A DNA stretch of 64,000 nt. It comes from an uncultured Acidobacteriota bacterium (lineage in GTDB: Bacteria; Acidobacteriota; Vicinamibacteria; Vicinamibacterales; 2-12-FULL-66-21). A program made the position numbers and the translations under genes. The number at the start of each line of letters is the position of its first letter. Positions within the stretch are counted from its first letter, which is position 1. Shown here one piece after another: positions 9,701 through 18,369 of the stretch. The notes below the pieces were generated by a model that worked only from the letters and a program-made list of their open reading frames with translations, searched no databases and was not told where the DNA came from. Where the stretch lies: assembly GCA_963717745.1 (NCBI GenBank), contig CAVQXJ010000011.1:26948-90947 (forward strand). Direction: 5' to 3'.

Positions 9701-12700
9701 TGCCCGCCGGCTCCTGGACGGTGACGAGCGGTGCCTCGCCGGTGCCGTTCGAAGCCACGCTCGCCAACGGCGGCTATTTCGAGCTCGAGGCGACCGCCCG
9801 CCAGGAGTCCGGCCGCTACGCGGTGACCACGACGTCGTTCTATGTGCTCGGCTCCGGCTACACCGCCTGGGAGCGTTTCGATCACAATCGCATCGAGCTG
9901 GTCGGCGACAAGCCGCGCTACAAGCCGGGCGACACCGCCCGGATCATGATCCAGTCCCCCTGGGAGCGCGCCACCGCGCTGGTCACGACCGAGCGGGAAG
10001 GCATCCGCTCTCACCGGCAGTTCACGCTGACCTCGACCCAGCAGTCCGTCGACATTCCGGTTACGGAAAACGACATCCCCAACCTGTTCGTCTCGGTGCT
10101 GCTGATCAAGGGCCGCACCGTCGTCGCCGCGGCCCCTACCGAGGGGCCAACCGGCGGCCCTTACGCGATAGCGGATCCGAGCGATCCCGGCAAGCCCGCG
10201 TTCCGCCTGGGCTACGTCGACCTGCAGGTCGAGGATGGCAGCCGGCGGCTGACCGTCGGGGTGACCGCGAATCGCGAGGAATACCGGCCGGCAACCGACG
10301 CGCAGGTGAGGGTGCGGGTTGCGGATGTGCAGGGGAAGCCCGTGCAGAGTGAAGTCACGCTCTGGGCGGTGGACTACGGGGTCCTGTCGCTCACCGGCTA
10401 CCGGACGCCGGATGTGCTCGGCTCCGTCTACGTCCACAAGGCGCTGCAAGTCACCAACACCGACAGCCGGCAGCGCATCGTCAGCCGCCGGGTGCTGACT
10501 CCGAAGGGTGACGCCGAAGGCGGCGGCGGGGGAGTCGACGGCGGTGCGGTGCGGAAGGACTTCCGCGTGCTGGCGTTCTGGATTGGCTCGGTCGTGACGA
10601 ATGCCAATGGTGAGGCAACCGCCGACGTGAAGCTGCCGGAGTCGCTGACCACCTATCGCATCATGGCGGTCGCCGGCGATCGCGCGTCGAGGTTCGGCAA
10701 TGGCGACGCGGAGGTGCGGGTCAACAAGCCGCTGACGATGAAGCCGACGTTCCCGCGGTTCCTGGCGGTGGGGGACAAGGCGCTGTTTGGCGCGGTGGTC
10801 ACCAGTCAGCTCGCCGCCGCCGGCGATGCGACGGTCACGATTCGCAGCCTCGATCCCAACCTGCTGGTGCTCGACGGGCCGGCGGAGCTCACGCTGCCGA
10901 TCGCCGCCGGCGGATCGGTCGAAGCCCGGTTCGCGGCCGCCGCCAAGGCGATCGGACGGGCGCGGATCCAGATGACGGTCAAGCTCGGGAACGAGACCGA
11001 CTCGTTCGAGGACGTCATTCCGGTGGAAGTGCTGGCCTCGCCCGAGACCGTCGCCGCTTACGGGCAGCTCTCGGGTGCGACCGCGCGCGGAGAGGAGTCC
11101 TTGACCGTTCCGCAGGGCGTCGTTCCCGGGTTCGGCGGCCTTCATCTGGAGATGTCCTCGACGGCGATGGTTGGCCTGAGTGAGGGCGCCCGCTATCTGG
11201 TCGAGTATCCGTACGGGTGCGCGGAGCAGAAAGGGTCTCGAGCGCTGGCGATGGTGCTGGCGGCCGATCTCGGCGACGCTTTCTCGCTGCCGGGCGTGGA
11301 CACCACGAAGATGCGCCCCGCCGTGCAGCAGTCGCTGACGGAGCTGGAGCGGTTCCAGTGTCCCAACGGCGGCTTCACCTACTGGCCCGGGAGATGTCAG
11401 TGGACATCTGCCTACCTGACCAGCTATCTGCTCCATGTATTCAAGGTCGCCTCGGATCTCAAGTACCAGGTCGATCGCGGGATGCAGCAGCGCGCGTATG
11501 GCTATCTGGAGCGCGAGCTGGCGCTGCCGCCGCCCACCAACGAAAGCTGGTGGCCGGCGTACACCGCGTGGCAGGCGTTCGCGGTGAAGGTCATGGTCGA
11601 AGGCGGGCGCAATCAGGACTCGCACCTGACCCGCCTCTATGGCTATCGCGATCGCATGCCGGTGTTCGCGCTCGCCTACCTTCACGACGCGCTGCTGGCG
11701 AAAGGCGAGAAGTCGGGCACGCGAGTGGAGGAGATCCGGCGTCGCATGACCAACGCGGTGCTGCCCGAGGCCGGCTCCGCGCACGTCGAGGAGCTGAGCG
11801 ATCCCTATCTGTTGTGGTTCTGGAACTCGAACGTGCGGTCCACCGCGATCGTGCTCAATTCGCTGGTCAAGGCATCGGCGAGCGCCGACGAGATCCGGCC
11901 GATCGTCCGCTGGATGATGGCGGCGCGGAAGAACGGCCGCTGGGGCAACACCCAGGAGAACGCGCACGCGATGGAGTCGCTGGTCGCGTATTACCGCCGC
12001 TACGAGCCGACGGTCCCCGACTTCACCGGCGTCGCGCTGCTCGGCGAGCGGGTGGTCGCGCGTGAGCAGTTCAAAGGCCGGTCGACGCAGGCGTCGAGCC
12101 ACGATATTCCGATGACGGAGATCCTCGCGACCGGTCCGGCCGGGACCGCGCGTCCCGTGACGTTCACCCGCGACGGCGCGGGCACGCTCTTCTACACCGC
12201 GCGGATGCGGTACGCGGCCGACCAGCTGTTCCAGCAGGGGCTCGACAGCGGGATTCGCATCGAACGCATGTTCGCGCCCTACGTGGAGACTGGGACCCGT
12301 CCGGCGGCGACGTCGTACAAGGCGGGCGATCTGATTCGGGTCACGCTCACGCTGCGGCTGACCAAGGAGCGCCGGTTCGTCGCCGTCACGGATCCGCTGC
12401 CGGCGGGGTTCGAGCCGCTCGAGTCGTGGTTCGCGACCACGGCGAGGGCGATCGGCACCACCGAGCCGGATGCGGACGATCGCGAGTCGACCTGGGAGTC
12501 GGTGTGGGCGCGTGGCGGGTTCGATCACGTCGAACGGCACGACGACCGCGTCCAGTTGTTCGCGACGCGGCTGGCCGAGGGCCGCCACCAGTTCACCTAC
12601 GTCGTCCGCGCCACCACCGCGGGCACGTTCCGGACCGCACCGGCGCGGGCGGAGGAGATGTACGAGCCCGAGGTGTTCGGGCGAACCGCGACCGCGGTGA

Positions 12701-12717
12701 TCACGGTGCAGCGATGA
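6790..12717 (+). CDS. bacterial alpha-2-macroglobulin family protein with thioester motif
   Basis: A ~1975-aa ORF with a signal peptide MRHYAWLLVLLSASPAAAQ (alternative GTG start at 6775). YPYGCAEQKG carries the CxEQ thioester motif at 11218..11229. pbpC follows directly, as in the known yfhM-pbpC arrangement. Confidence 0.9.
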   Translation: MRHYAWLLVLLSASPAAAQTSAPSLRVLSAGPTGEIATLSEANEIRVVFSEPMVAVGRIPERVVAPFFRVTPAIPGAFRWSGTTILIFTPDAKRPLPYATKFDVTIDPGATAVSGRRLARVHRFSFTTPTVRLLNTNWYRRGGRAGAPMVILLRFNQPVRPADVAPHIAARLQQHDWDVPGLTPEGIERLKTIDPSAVQRFNAKVTATAAVTKSTAPVALRLTTDWDKKQTPPARDLVVFETTTAVAPEAWVRVAVLPTVPSPAGPEKPRGETEYVIKVERAFFVDGFHCRQACPADLGNHVSFRGLVDAKAYASATQAAQATAPGRFVPVAKLPVPHPRPSWALDEAPSFSLEDAGFDRQPPAQTFSVTIDGSLRAADGQTLGYTWAGSVENWHERAFTSFGDGHGVWERGAGLQLPFYARNMRGITQWSQRVPLPDLVPMVVRLQPDTMEGGFRQFSETPASPGQNRRLNVTPDRIQSHGFDLSPVLGSSDTGLVWAAIREGDPIERAVPLSDSNDVKTRSTIVQVTNLGLSVKDSPQNTLVFVTRLDTAAPVPAARVSILNLKNQTVWSGTTAADGVAVAPKTPTLRDPERWWRLSFVVTAEKDGDVAYVGSDWTEGITPWEFGSHFDLNQAQPMLRGTVFTDRGVYRLGEEVRLKAILRHNTPQGIRLLAAGTSVLLSVRDGQDRLIAERAVTVNAWSSAEWALTLPAEGNLGSYSVRAILESDKPVAKKPEELRPGDEPGPGADDEVAYEKVVRASFLVAAYRRPDFRVDVKLTSASAKAGDPVKAVVSAKYLFGAAMPVRPATWTWTRSPASAAPAAVYDALPDGDRWEFVGSVERDPDQSPVMSREAKTTKIGELSLDLPTRLDAGVPYLYTLEADVEDVSRQHIANRATVTVHPADWYIGVRRPNYFIDQKAGLKTEVVSVTPTGQVIAGVPIEIKLTQVQWNSVRRAEGNGFYTWETEKKRVPAGSWTVTSGASPVPFEATLANGGYFELEATARQESGRYAVTTTSFYVLGSGYTAWERFDHNRIELVGDKPRYKPGDTARIMIQSPWERATALVTTEREGIRSHRQFTLTSTQQSVDIPVTENDIPNLFVSVLLIKGRTVVAAAPTEGPTGGPYAIADPSDPGKPAFRLGYVDLQVEDGSRRLTVGVTANREEYRPATDAQVRVRVADVQGKPVQSEVTLWAVDYGVLSLTGYRTPDVLGSVYVHKALQVTNTDSRQRIVSRRVLTPKGDAEGGGGGVDGGAVRKDFRVLAFWIGSVVTNANGEATADVKLPESLTTYRIMAVAGDRASRFGNGDAEVRVNKPLTMKPTFPRFLAVGDKALFGAVVTSQLAAAGDATVTIRSLDPNLLVLDGPAELTLPIAAGGSVEARFAAAAKAIGRARIQMTVKLGNETDSFEDVIPVEVLASPETVAAYGQLSGATARGEESLTVPQGVVPGFGGLHLEMSSTAMVGLSEGARYLVEYPYGCAEQKGSRALAMVLAADLGDAFSLPGVDTTKMRPAVQQSLTELERFQCPNGGFTYWPGRCQWTSAYLTSYLLHVFKVASDLKYQVDRGMQQRAYGYLERELALPPPTNESWWPAYTAWQAFAVKVMVEGGRNQDSHLTRLYGYRDRMPVFALAYLHDALLAKGEKSGTRVEEIRRRMTNAVLPEAGSAHVEELSDPYLLWFWNSNVRSTAIVLNSLVKASASADEIRPIVRWMMAARKNGRWGNTQENAHAMESLVAYYRRYEPTVPDFTGVALLGERVVAREQFKGRSTQASSHDIPMTEILATGPAGTARPVTFTRDGAGTLFYTARMRYAADQLFQQGLDSGIRIERMFAPYVETGTRPAATSYKAGDLIRVTLTLRLTKERRFVAVTDPLPAGFEPLESWFATTARAIGTTEPDADDRESTWESVWARGGFDHVERHDDRVQLFATRLAEGRHQFTYVVRATTAGTFRTAPARAEEMYEPEVFGRTATAVITVQR

Positions 12718-12724
12718 TGGGGCG

Positions 12725-15142
12725 ATGGATCTTCGGCTACGGGCCCTTCGACTGTGCTCAGGGCCGGAAGGCTGCGCCGATTCCGCCGGCCTGATCCTCC
12801 TGTCCATCGCGGCGATCGCCGCCGCGATCTGGCTTCGCTGCGGCCCGCTGCCGGATGGCCTGCTGCAGATGGACGCCATCGACTCGACCGTGGTCGTCGA
12901 TCGCAACGGCATCGAATTGTACGAAGCGCTCGGCAGCGATGGCACTCGCTCCCGGCAGCTGCGCCAGGAAACCATTCCCGAGATCGTGGCTGCGGCCACG
13001 GTCGCGGCAGAGGATCGCCGTTTCTGGTCGCATCACGGGATCGATCCGATCGCGGTGCTGCGGGCGGTGAAGCAGAACGTCGCCGAAGGCACCACCGTCC
13101 AGGGGGGCTCGACCATCACGCAACAGACCGCCAAGCTGCTGCGGTTGCGGCGGGCGGCCGATCGGCGGCGCGGGTGGCGAACCAAGCTGTCGGAGGCGGT
13201 GATCGCGCTGCGGCTCGAGCACCGTCTGAGCAAGCGCGAGATCCTCGCGCTCTATCTCAACCTCGCCTCGTACGGCAATCAGACGACCGGCTTCGCTCGC
13301 GCGAGCCGCCTCTACTTCGGCGTAGGACCGGAGATGCTGACGCCGGCGCAGGCCGCCTTCCTCGCCGGGCTCCCGCAGCGGCCGAGCACCTTCAATCCGT
13401 ACCGAAGCCAGGCGCTGGCGATTTCACGCCAGCGAGTCGTGCTCGCGCGCATGGCGGCGGCGGGCCTGCTCAACCCGGCCCGGCTCCAGGAAGCGAGGGC
13501 TGAGCGGCTGACCTTTTCACGCCAGGACCGGCGGTTCCTCGCACCGCACTTCGTCGAGATGGTCCTCTCCGGCGCCGGCGCGCCTCGTCCAAACCGCATC
13601 GAGACCACGCTGGATGCGCGGCTCCAGGCAGACATCGCGGGCATCCTGCGGACGCACCGCCCGGTTCTCGACCGTCATGGCGCGGCCAACGTCGCGGTCG
13701 TCGTGCTCGACAACGTCCGCAATGAATGGCTGGCCTGGGAGGGCTCCGGCGACTATTTCGATGGCGCGCGCGGCGGCACGATCAACGGCCCGCTGATGCC
13801 GCGGCAACCTGGCTCAGCCCTCAAGCCCTTCACCTACGCGCTGGCGTTCGAGAAGGGGTTCACTCCCGCCAGCGTCCTGCCCGACGTGCCGCTGAACTTT
13901 CCAACCGCGCAGCCGGGGATCGTTTACAGCCCCCGAAACTACGATGGCCGCTACCGCGGTCCGCTGCTGGCGCGCGCCGCTCTGGCCGGATCGGAGAACG
14001 TTCCCGCGGTCGCGCTGGCGTCGGAGGTCGGGATTCCGGATCTGCTGCGATTCCTGCGCCGGGCCGGCTTCTCCACCTTCGACAAAACCGCGGCGTACTA
14101 CGGCCTCGGGCTGACTCTCGGCAATGCGGAGGTCAGGCTCGACGAGCTGGTCGCCGCGTATGCGGCGTTCGCGAGAAACGGCGAGTGGCGTCGTCCGACC
14201 TATCTGATGGATCGCTCGGGACGCGAAGCGGGCGAGGCCGCGATGCTGGTCTCGCCGCGGACGGCATTCTGGATCGGCGACATCCTCGCCGACGCCGACG
14301 CTCGTGCCTATATCTTCGGGCGCGGCAGCAGCCTGGAGCTGCCGTTCGAGGCGGCGGTCAAGACCGGGACCTCGCAGGCGTACCACGACAACTGGACGAT
14401 CGGCTTCACCCGGCACGTGACGGTCGGGGTCTGGGTCGGCAACTTCGATCGGCGTCCGCTGCGGAATTCGAGCGGCGTCACGGGCGCGGCCCCGATCTTC
14501 CAGGCGATCATGCTCGCCGCGCACCGGCGGGCTGGCGGAGCGGAGGCCGCGCTTGCGCGGCCCGACAGCGGGCTCGAGCGGCGCGATGTCTGCGGCCTCT
14601 CCGGCGAAGCCGCGAACGCCTGGTGCCCGGTGCGGCGACGCGAATGGCTGCCCATCGAGCACCCGTCGCTGCCCTGCAGCTGGCACTTGTCCGCCGTAGC
14701 TTCAGCGAAGGTGGACCATCTAGCTGGCGAAGGCCTGCGGACGCTGTGGCCGGCGGAGTTTCGCGACTGGGCAGGCCGGCGCGCGGAGACGATGGCGCGG
14801 CCAGCCGGGGACTCCGGCGGAGACGCGGCAGTCCGGCGTGTCGCGATCACGGCGACGGCCGGCACGCGGTCAACGCGCGCGAAGCCGGCCTTCCGCCTGG
14901 CCAACCCGCCGACCGGCGCAACCTATCTGATCGATCCGACCCTGCGCCCCGAGTTCCAGACCCTGCCGCTGCGGGTCGTGTCCGCCTCGCCCACGCGGGT
15001 CGAGTGGACCGTCAACGGGTCGCGCCTCGGCACGGCCAGCTCGGAGTCGGCGCTGGAGTGGCGGTTGAGGCCGGGACGCCATTCCATCGTCGCGCGCGAT
15101 GCGCGCGGTAACGTGGCGGAGTCGGTGGTGGTCGTGAGGTAG
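12725..15142 (+). CDS. pbpC: penicillin-binding protein 1C (bifunctional transglycosylase/transpeptidase)
   Basis: EDRRFWSHHGIDP..GGSTITQQ (GT51 motifs), PGSALKPF (SxxK), KTGTS, and a C-terminal PbpC-type extension. It starts 8 nt after the A2M stop. Confidence 0.9.
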   Translation: MDLRLRALRLCSGPEGCADSAGLILLSIAAIAAAIWLRCGPLPDGLLQMDAIDSTVVVDRNGIELYEALGSDGTRSRQLRQETIPEIVAAATVAAEDRRFWSHHGIDPIAVLRAVKQNVAEGTTVQGGSTITQQTAKLLRLRRAADRRRGWRTKLSEAVIALRLEHRLSKREILALYLNLASYGNQTTGFARASRLYFGVGPEMLTPAQAAFLAGLPQRPSTFNPYRSQALAISRQRVVLARMAAAGLLNPARLQEARAERLTFSRQDRRFLAPHFVEMVLSGAGAPRPNRIETTLDARLQADIAGILRTHRPVLDRHGAANVAVVVLDNVRNEWLAWEGSGDYFDGARGGTINGPLMPRQPGSALKPFTYALAFEKGFTPASVLPDVPLNFPTAQPGIVYSPRNYDGRYRGPLLARAALAGSENVPAVALASEVGIPDLLRFLRRAGFSTFDKTAAYYGLGLTLGNAEVRLDELVAAYAAFARNGEWRRPTYLMDRSGREAGEAAMLVSPRTAFWIGDILADADARAYIFGRGSSLELPFEAAVKTGTSQAYHDNWTIGFTRHVTVGVWVGNFDRRPLRNSSGVTGAAPIFQAIMLAAHRRAGGAEAALARPDSGLERRDVCGLSGEAANAWCPVRRREWLPIEHPSLPCSWHLSAVASAKVDHLAGEGLRTLWPAEFRDWAGRRAETMARPAGDSGGDAAVRRVAITATAGTRSTRAKPAFRLANPPTGATYLIDPTLRPEFQTLPLRVVSASPTRVEWTVNGSRLGTASSESALEWRLRPGRHSIVARDARGNVAESVVVVR

Positions 15143-15167
15143 TGGCGCGGCGGGGTCTGGGTGATGA

Positions 15168-15250
15168 GCCCGCGTGTCAAGGGAGAAGGCATTCTCCCTT
15201 TTCCCTTCTGCCTTCTCCCTTGACATGCGGGGTTTTTCGGCAGCCCCGCG
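15168..15250. repeat. palindromic intergenic element, family C (GGGAGAA/GGCAGAA/GGGAAAA units), reverse orientation plus short forward arm
   Basis: 15192..15226 is the exact reverse complement of 37027..37061 (35 nt, atgtcaagggagaaggcagaagggaaaagggagaa). gtcaagggagaaggca at 15175..15190 pairs with 15209..15224. It lies between convergent pbpC and the ADOP gene. Confidence 0.85.
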
Positions 15251-15252
15251 CC

Positions 15253-17925
15253 CTACATCCGCAGCGCTGCCGTCGGATCAGAGCCGGCGGCGCGGAGCGC
15301 CGGAATCAGCGAGGCCAACAGCGCCACCAGCGCCAGAGCGACGGCGACCACGCCGAACGTGACGGGATCCGCCGGCGCCACGCCGAACAACTGGTTGGTG
15401 AGCAACCGGGTCGCCGCCAGCGACGCTGCCAGACCAATCGCGATCCCCAGTCCAACCGGCCAGAGCGCCTGGCGGATGACCAGGGTGATGACGTCAGCCC
15501 GGGAGGCGCCGAGCGCCATCCGCACGCCGAGCTCCCGGGTACGGCGGGTCACGAAGTAGGCGATGACGCCGTAGATCCCGACCACCGCCAGCACGACGCC
15601 GAGGCTGCCAAGGATCGTCAGCAGCAGCGTGTTGAAGCGTGCGGTCTGCAGCGACGCGCCGATCCGCTGCTCCATGGTTCTCATATCGAACAGCGGAACG
15701 CCGGGGACGATCGGCGCGATCGCCGCGCGCAACGGGTTGATGATCGTGGATGGCTCGCCGCCGGTGCGGGCGGCGACGTAGAGCGTTCGCTGAATCCATT
15801 CCCAGGCCCCCGCCGGGATCTGCGCGGCCGGCAGGTAGAACTCCGGCGACGGCGACACGGCTGGGCCGCGCCAGCGCGTGTCGGCGGCGACGCCAACCAC
15901 CGTCTTGAAGTCCGGGCCCTTGCCGTCGGGTCCCGGCTCGCAGCAGGCGACGCGCCGGCCGATCGGATCGGCCTCCTTGAAGAGCGCCTGCGCGAGCGCC
16001 TGGCTCACCACCATCACCTTCAGTGCGCCGCGCCGATCCTCGGCCGTGAGCGCCCGGCCGCGGACGATCGCGATCCCCATCGTGTCGAAGTAGCCGGGTG
16101 TGACGATCCGCAGCTGGCTCTGCACCGAGTTCCTGATCTCGAAGGCCACTCCTTCGGGCACGAGACCGTTGCCGTTTCCGCCAGGCCCCATCGGCACCTG
16201 CGAGGTCAGCGCGGCGGCGCGCACTCCGGGAACCGCCGCCGCGGCGGCGGCCACCTGCTCGAACGTCTGCAGGATGCGATCGGGCTCTGTGTAATCGGCG
16301 GCCGGCAGCGACAGGCGCGCCGCGAGCACGCGCGACGGATCGAATCCCGGGTTGACCCGTTCGAGCGCGATGCCACTGCGGATCAGCAGCACGGCGCCAA
16401 CCAGCAGGACCAGCGCCAGGGCCAGCTCGCCGACGATGACCGAGGTGCGGAGGCGGTCGCGGACCACGCCGGCGCCGGTGCCTCGGCCTCCTTCCTTGAG
16501 GACACCGTGCACGTCGGTCCGCGCGGCGCGCAGCGCAGGGGCGAGCCCGAAGATGAAGGCGCTGGCGATGACGACCAGCCCGGTGAACGCCAGCACCATC
16601 GGATCGATCGACGCCTGTTCGAGTCGCGGCACTCCCGGCGGGGCCGCGGCCGCGAGCGCCTTGACGCCCCACGAGGCCAGCGCCAGGCCGGCCGCTCCTG
16701 CGAGCATCGACAACAGCAGACTCTCGGTCAGCAGCTGGCGAAGGATCCGGCTGCGTCCGGCGCCAAGTGCCACCCGAATCGCCAGCTCGCCCGATCGCGC
16801 GGCTGCACGCGCCAACAGGAGATTGGCGATATTGCCGCAGGCGATCAGCAAGACGAGTCCGACCGCCCCGAGGAGGATCAGGAGCCGGCGGCGATAGTCG
16901 CCGACCAGTTGGTCCATCACCGTGGTGGTCCCGAAGTCGATCTCTGAGGCCTCTTTCGGAAAGCGCAGGCGAAGGCTCTCCGCGTTCCGGTGGAGCTCGG
17001 CGAGCGCGCGCTCGGCGGTCGCGCCCGCGGCCAGGCGGCCGTAGACCTGGTACTGGTGCTCGTCGTGGATCGCCTTCCGCTCCGCCGTGAAGGCCATCGG
17101 CATCCAGAGCTCCTCGGTCTGCGCGGTGAAGTCGAACGCCTGCGGCATCACGCCGATCACTTCGAACGGTCGTCCTCCCAGCCGCACCTGCGTGCCGATC
17201 ACCGCCGCCTCCTCCGCGAACCGCCGGCTCCACAGCCGGTGGCTCAGCACCACGACGTTCGGTCCACCGGGGCGATCCTCGGCGGCGGTGAACACCCGGC
17301 CGCGCGCCGGAGCGACGCCGAAGACGTCGAAGAAGCCGGCGGTCACTTGCGCGCCGATGATCCGCTCGGCCTCGGCGGTGTCCGCGAGATTGACGCTCGA
17401 ATAGCGGATTGCCGTGGTCGCGGAGAAGCTCGAGACCGGCTCGATGGCGTCCACGTAGTTCCCGGCGGAGACGTTGGCCTGACCCTGCCGGAAGATGGTC
17501 GAGACCGCGAGAATCCGCTCCGGCTGCGGCACCGGAATCGGACGGAGAACGACGGCCTGCACCGCGCTGAAGATGGCGGCGGTGGCCCCGATGCCGAGCG
17601 ACAGTGTCAGCAGCGCGACGACCGTGAAGCCCGGGTGATGGAGCAGCTGCCGGGCGGCGAAGGTGAGATCCTGGATGAGCTCGGCGAGGTATTCGGTGCG
17701 GCGCATTCCGCGGTCCCTCCGTCTGCCGATGGCGCGGCAGGTGGCGTTGACATGATGGATGTTGCCGAAGCGGCGGATCGCGGCTTCGTGCGCGTCGCTC
17801 CGGGACAGGCCCCGAGCCTCGAGCTCGCGCGCCCGCATTTCGACATGGAACTCGAGCTCGGCGTCGACCTCGTCTTCAACGGCTGCACGCCAGAAGCGCG
17901 AACGGAGCCGGCGGCCGAAGGTCAT
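15253..17925 (-). CDS. ADOP-family duplicated FtsX/MacB-type permease with N-terminal prefix domain
   Basis: From Met 17925: MTFGRRLRSRFWRAAVEDEVDAELEFHVEMRARELE.., followed by two FtsX-like 4-TM modules. The ATG overlaps the PadR stop (ATGA 17925..17922). The longer track ORF (to 18063) would overlap PadR. Confidence 0.85.
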   Translation of the reverse strand: MTFGRRLRSRFWRAAVEDEVDAELEFHVEMRARELEARGLSRSDAHEAAIRRFGNIHHVNATCRAIGRRRDRGMRRTEYLAELIQDLTFAARQLLHHPGFTVVALLTLSLGIGATAAIFSAVQAVVLRPIPVPQPERILAVSTIFRQGQANVSAGNYVDAIEPVSSFSATTAIRYSSVNLADTAEAERIIGAQVTAGFFDVFGVAPARGRVFTAAEDRPGGPNVVVLSHRLWSRRFAEEAAVIGTQVRLGGRPFEVIGVMPQAFDFTAQTEELWMPMAFTAERKAIHDEHQYQVYGRLAAGATAERALAELHRNAESLRLRFPKEASEIDFGTTTVMDQLVGDYRRRLLILLGAVGLVLLIACGNIANLLLARAAARSGELAIRVALGAGRSRILRQLLTESLLLSMLAGAAGLALASWGVKALAAAAPPGVPRLEQASIDPMVLAFTGLVVIASAFIFGLAPALRAARTDVHGVLKEGGRGTGAGVVRDRLRTSVIVGELALALVLLVGAVLLIRSGIALERVNPGFDPSRVLAARLSLPAADYTEPDRILQTFEQVAAAAAAVPGVRAAALTSQVPMGPGGNGNGLVPEGVAFEIRNSVQSQLRIVTPGYFDTMGIAIVRGRALTAEDRRGALKVMVVSQALAQALFKEADPIGRRVACCEPGPDGKGPDFKTVVGVAADTRWRGPAVSPSPEFYLPAAQIPAGAWEWIQRTLYVAARTGGEPSTIINPLRAAIAPIVPGVPLFDMRTMEQRIGASLQTARFNTLLLTILGSLGVVLAVVGIYGVIAYFVTRRTRELGVRMALGASRADVITLVIRQALWPVGLGIAIGLAASLAATRLLTNQLFGVAPADPVTFGVVAVALALVALLASLIPALRAAGSDPTAALRM

Positions 17926-18266
17926 GCGCCGGCCGGGGTCAGGACCTTCGAGACCGCCGCGGAGAACCGCGCCCACTCCCTGGTATCGGCGGCGAGCTGG
18001 CGGCGCCCCTTCGGCGTGATCCGGTAGAACTTGGCCTTGCGGCCAAGCTCGGAGACGCCCCATTCGGCCTCGATCAACCCGCGGCGCTCGAGCCGGTAGA
18101 GTGCGGGATACAGCGAGCCCTCTTCGATCGGCACCGCGTCCTCGGTCGCTTCCTCCAGCCAGCGCGCGATGCCGTAGCCGTGGCGCACGCCCCAGGTGAG
18201 GGTTTTCAGAATGAGCGCGTCGAGCGTGCCGTGGAGCATGCCGCTGGCATCGGATCGCGTAGGCAT
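17922..18266 (-). CDS. PadR family transcriptional regulator
   Basis: LDALILKTLTWGVRHGYGIARWLEE..EGSLYPALYRLERRGLIEAEWGVSELGRKAKFYRITPKGRRQL is the canonical PadR winged helix. Confidence 0.9.
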   Translation of the reverse strand: MPTRSDASGMLHGTLDALILKTLTWGVRHGYGIARWLEEATEDAVPIEEGSLYPALYRLERRGLIEAEWGVSELGRKAKFYRITPKGRRQLAADTREWARFSAAVSKVLTPAGA

Positions 18267-18369
18267 AGACCTCAGGTTTTCGACTGCCGGTGCGTTACCG
18301 AGATTGTCTAGGTATCCTAGCCAAGGAAGCCTAGATAGTCAAGGCATTGGCCGGCGATAGGCTGGGGCG

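Noticed and set aside
9169-12999. 1276-aa ORF on the minus strand (with a similar one at 7030..8781)
   Set aside because: It is entirely antisense to the alpha-2-macroglobulin gene. Its composition is dominated by Arg/Gly/Pro/Ala with no family-like motifs. This is the usual open antisense frame of a GC-rich gene.
15142-16947. Long plus-strand ORFs opposite the ADOP permease genes (also 42966..45191, 52357..54372 on the minus strand, and 59005..59826 and 60169..61389)
   Set aside because: These are antisense to confidently recognised FtsX/MacB-type permeases. Their translations are Arg/Asp/Gly/Pro-rich and lack motifs.
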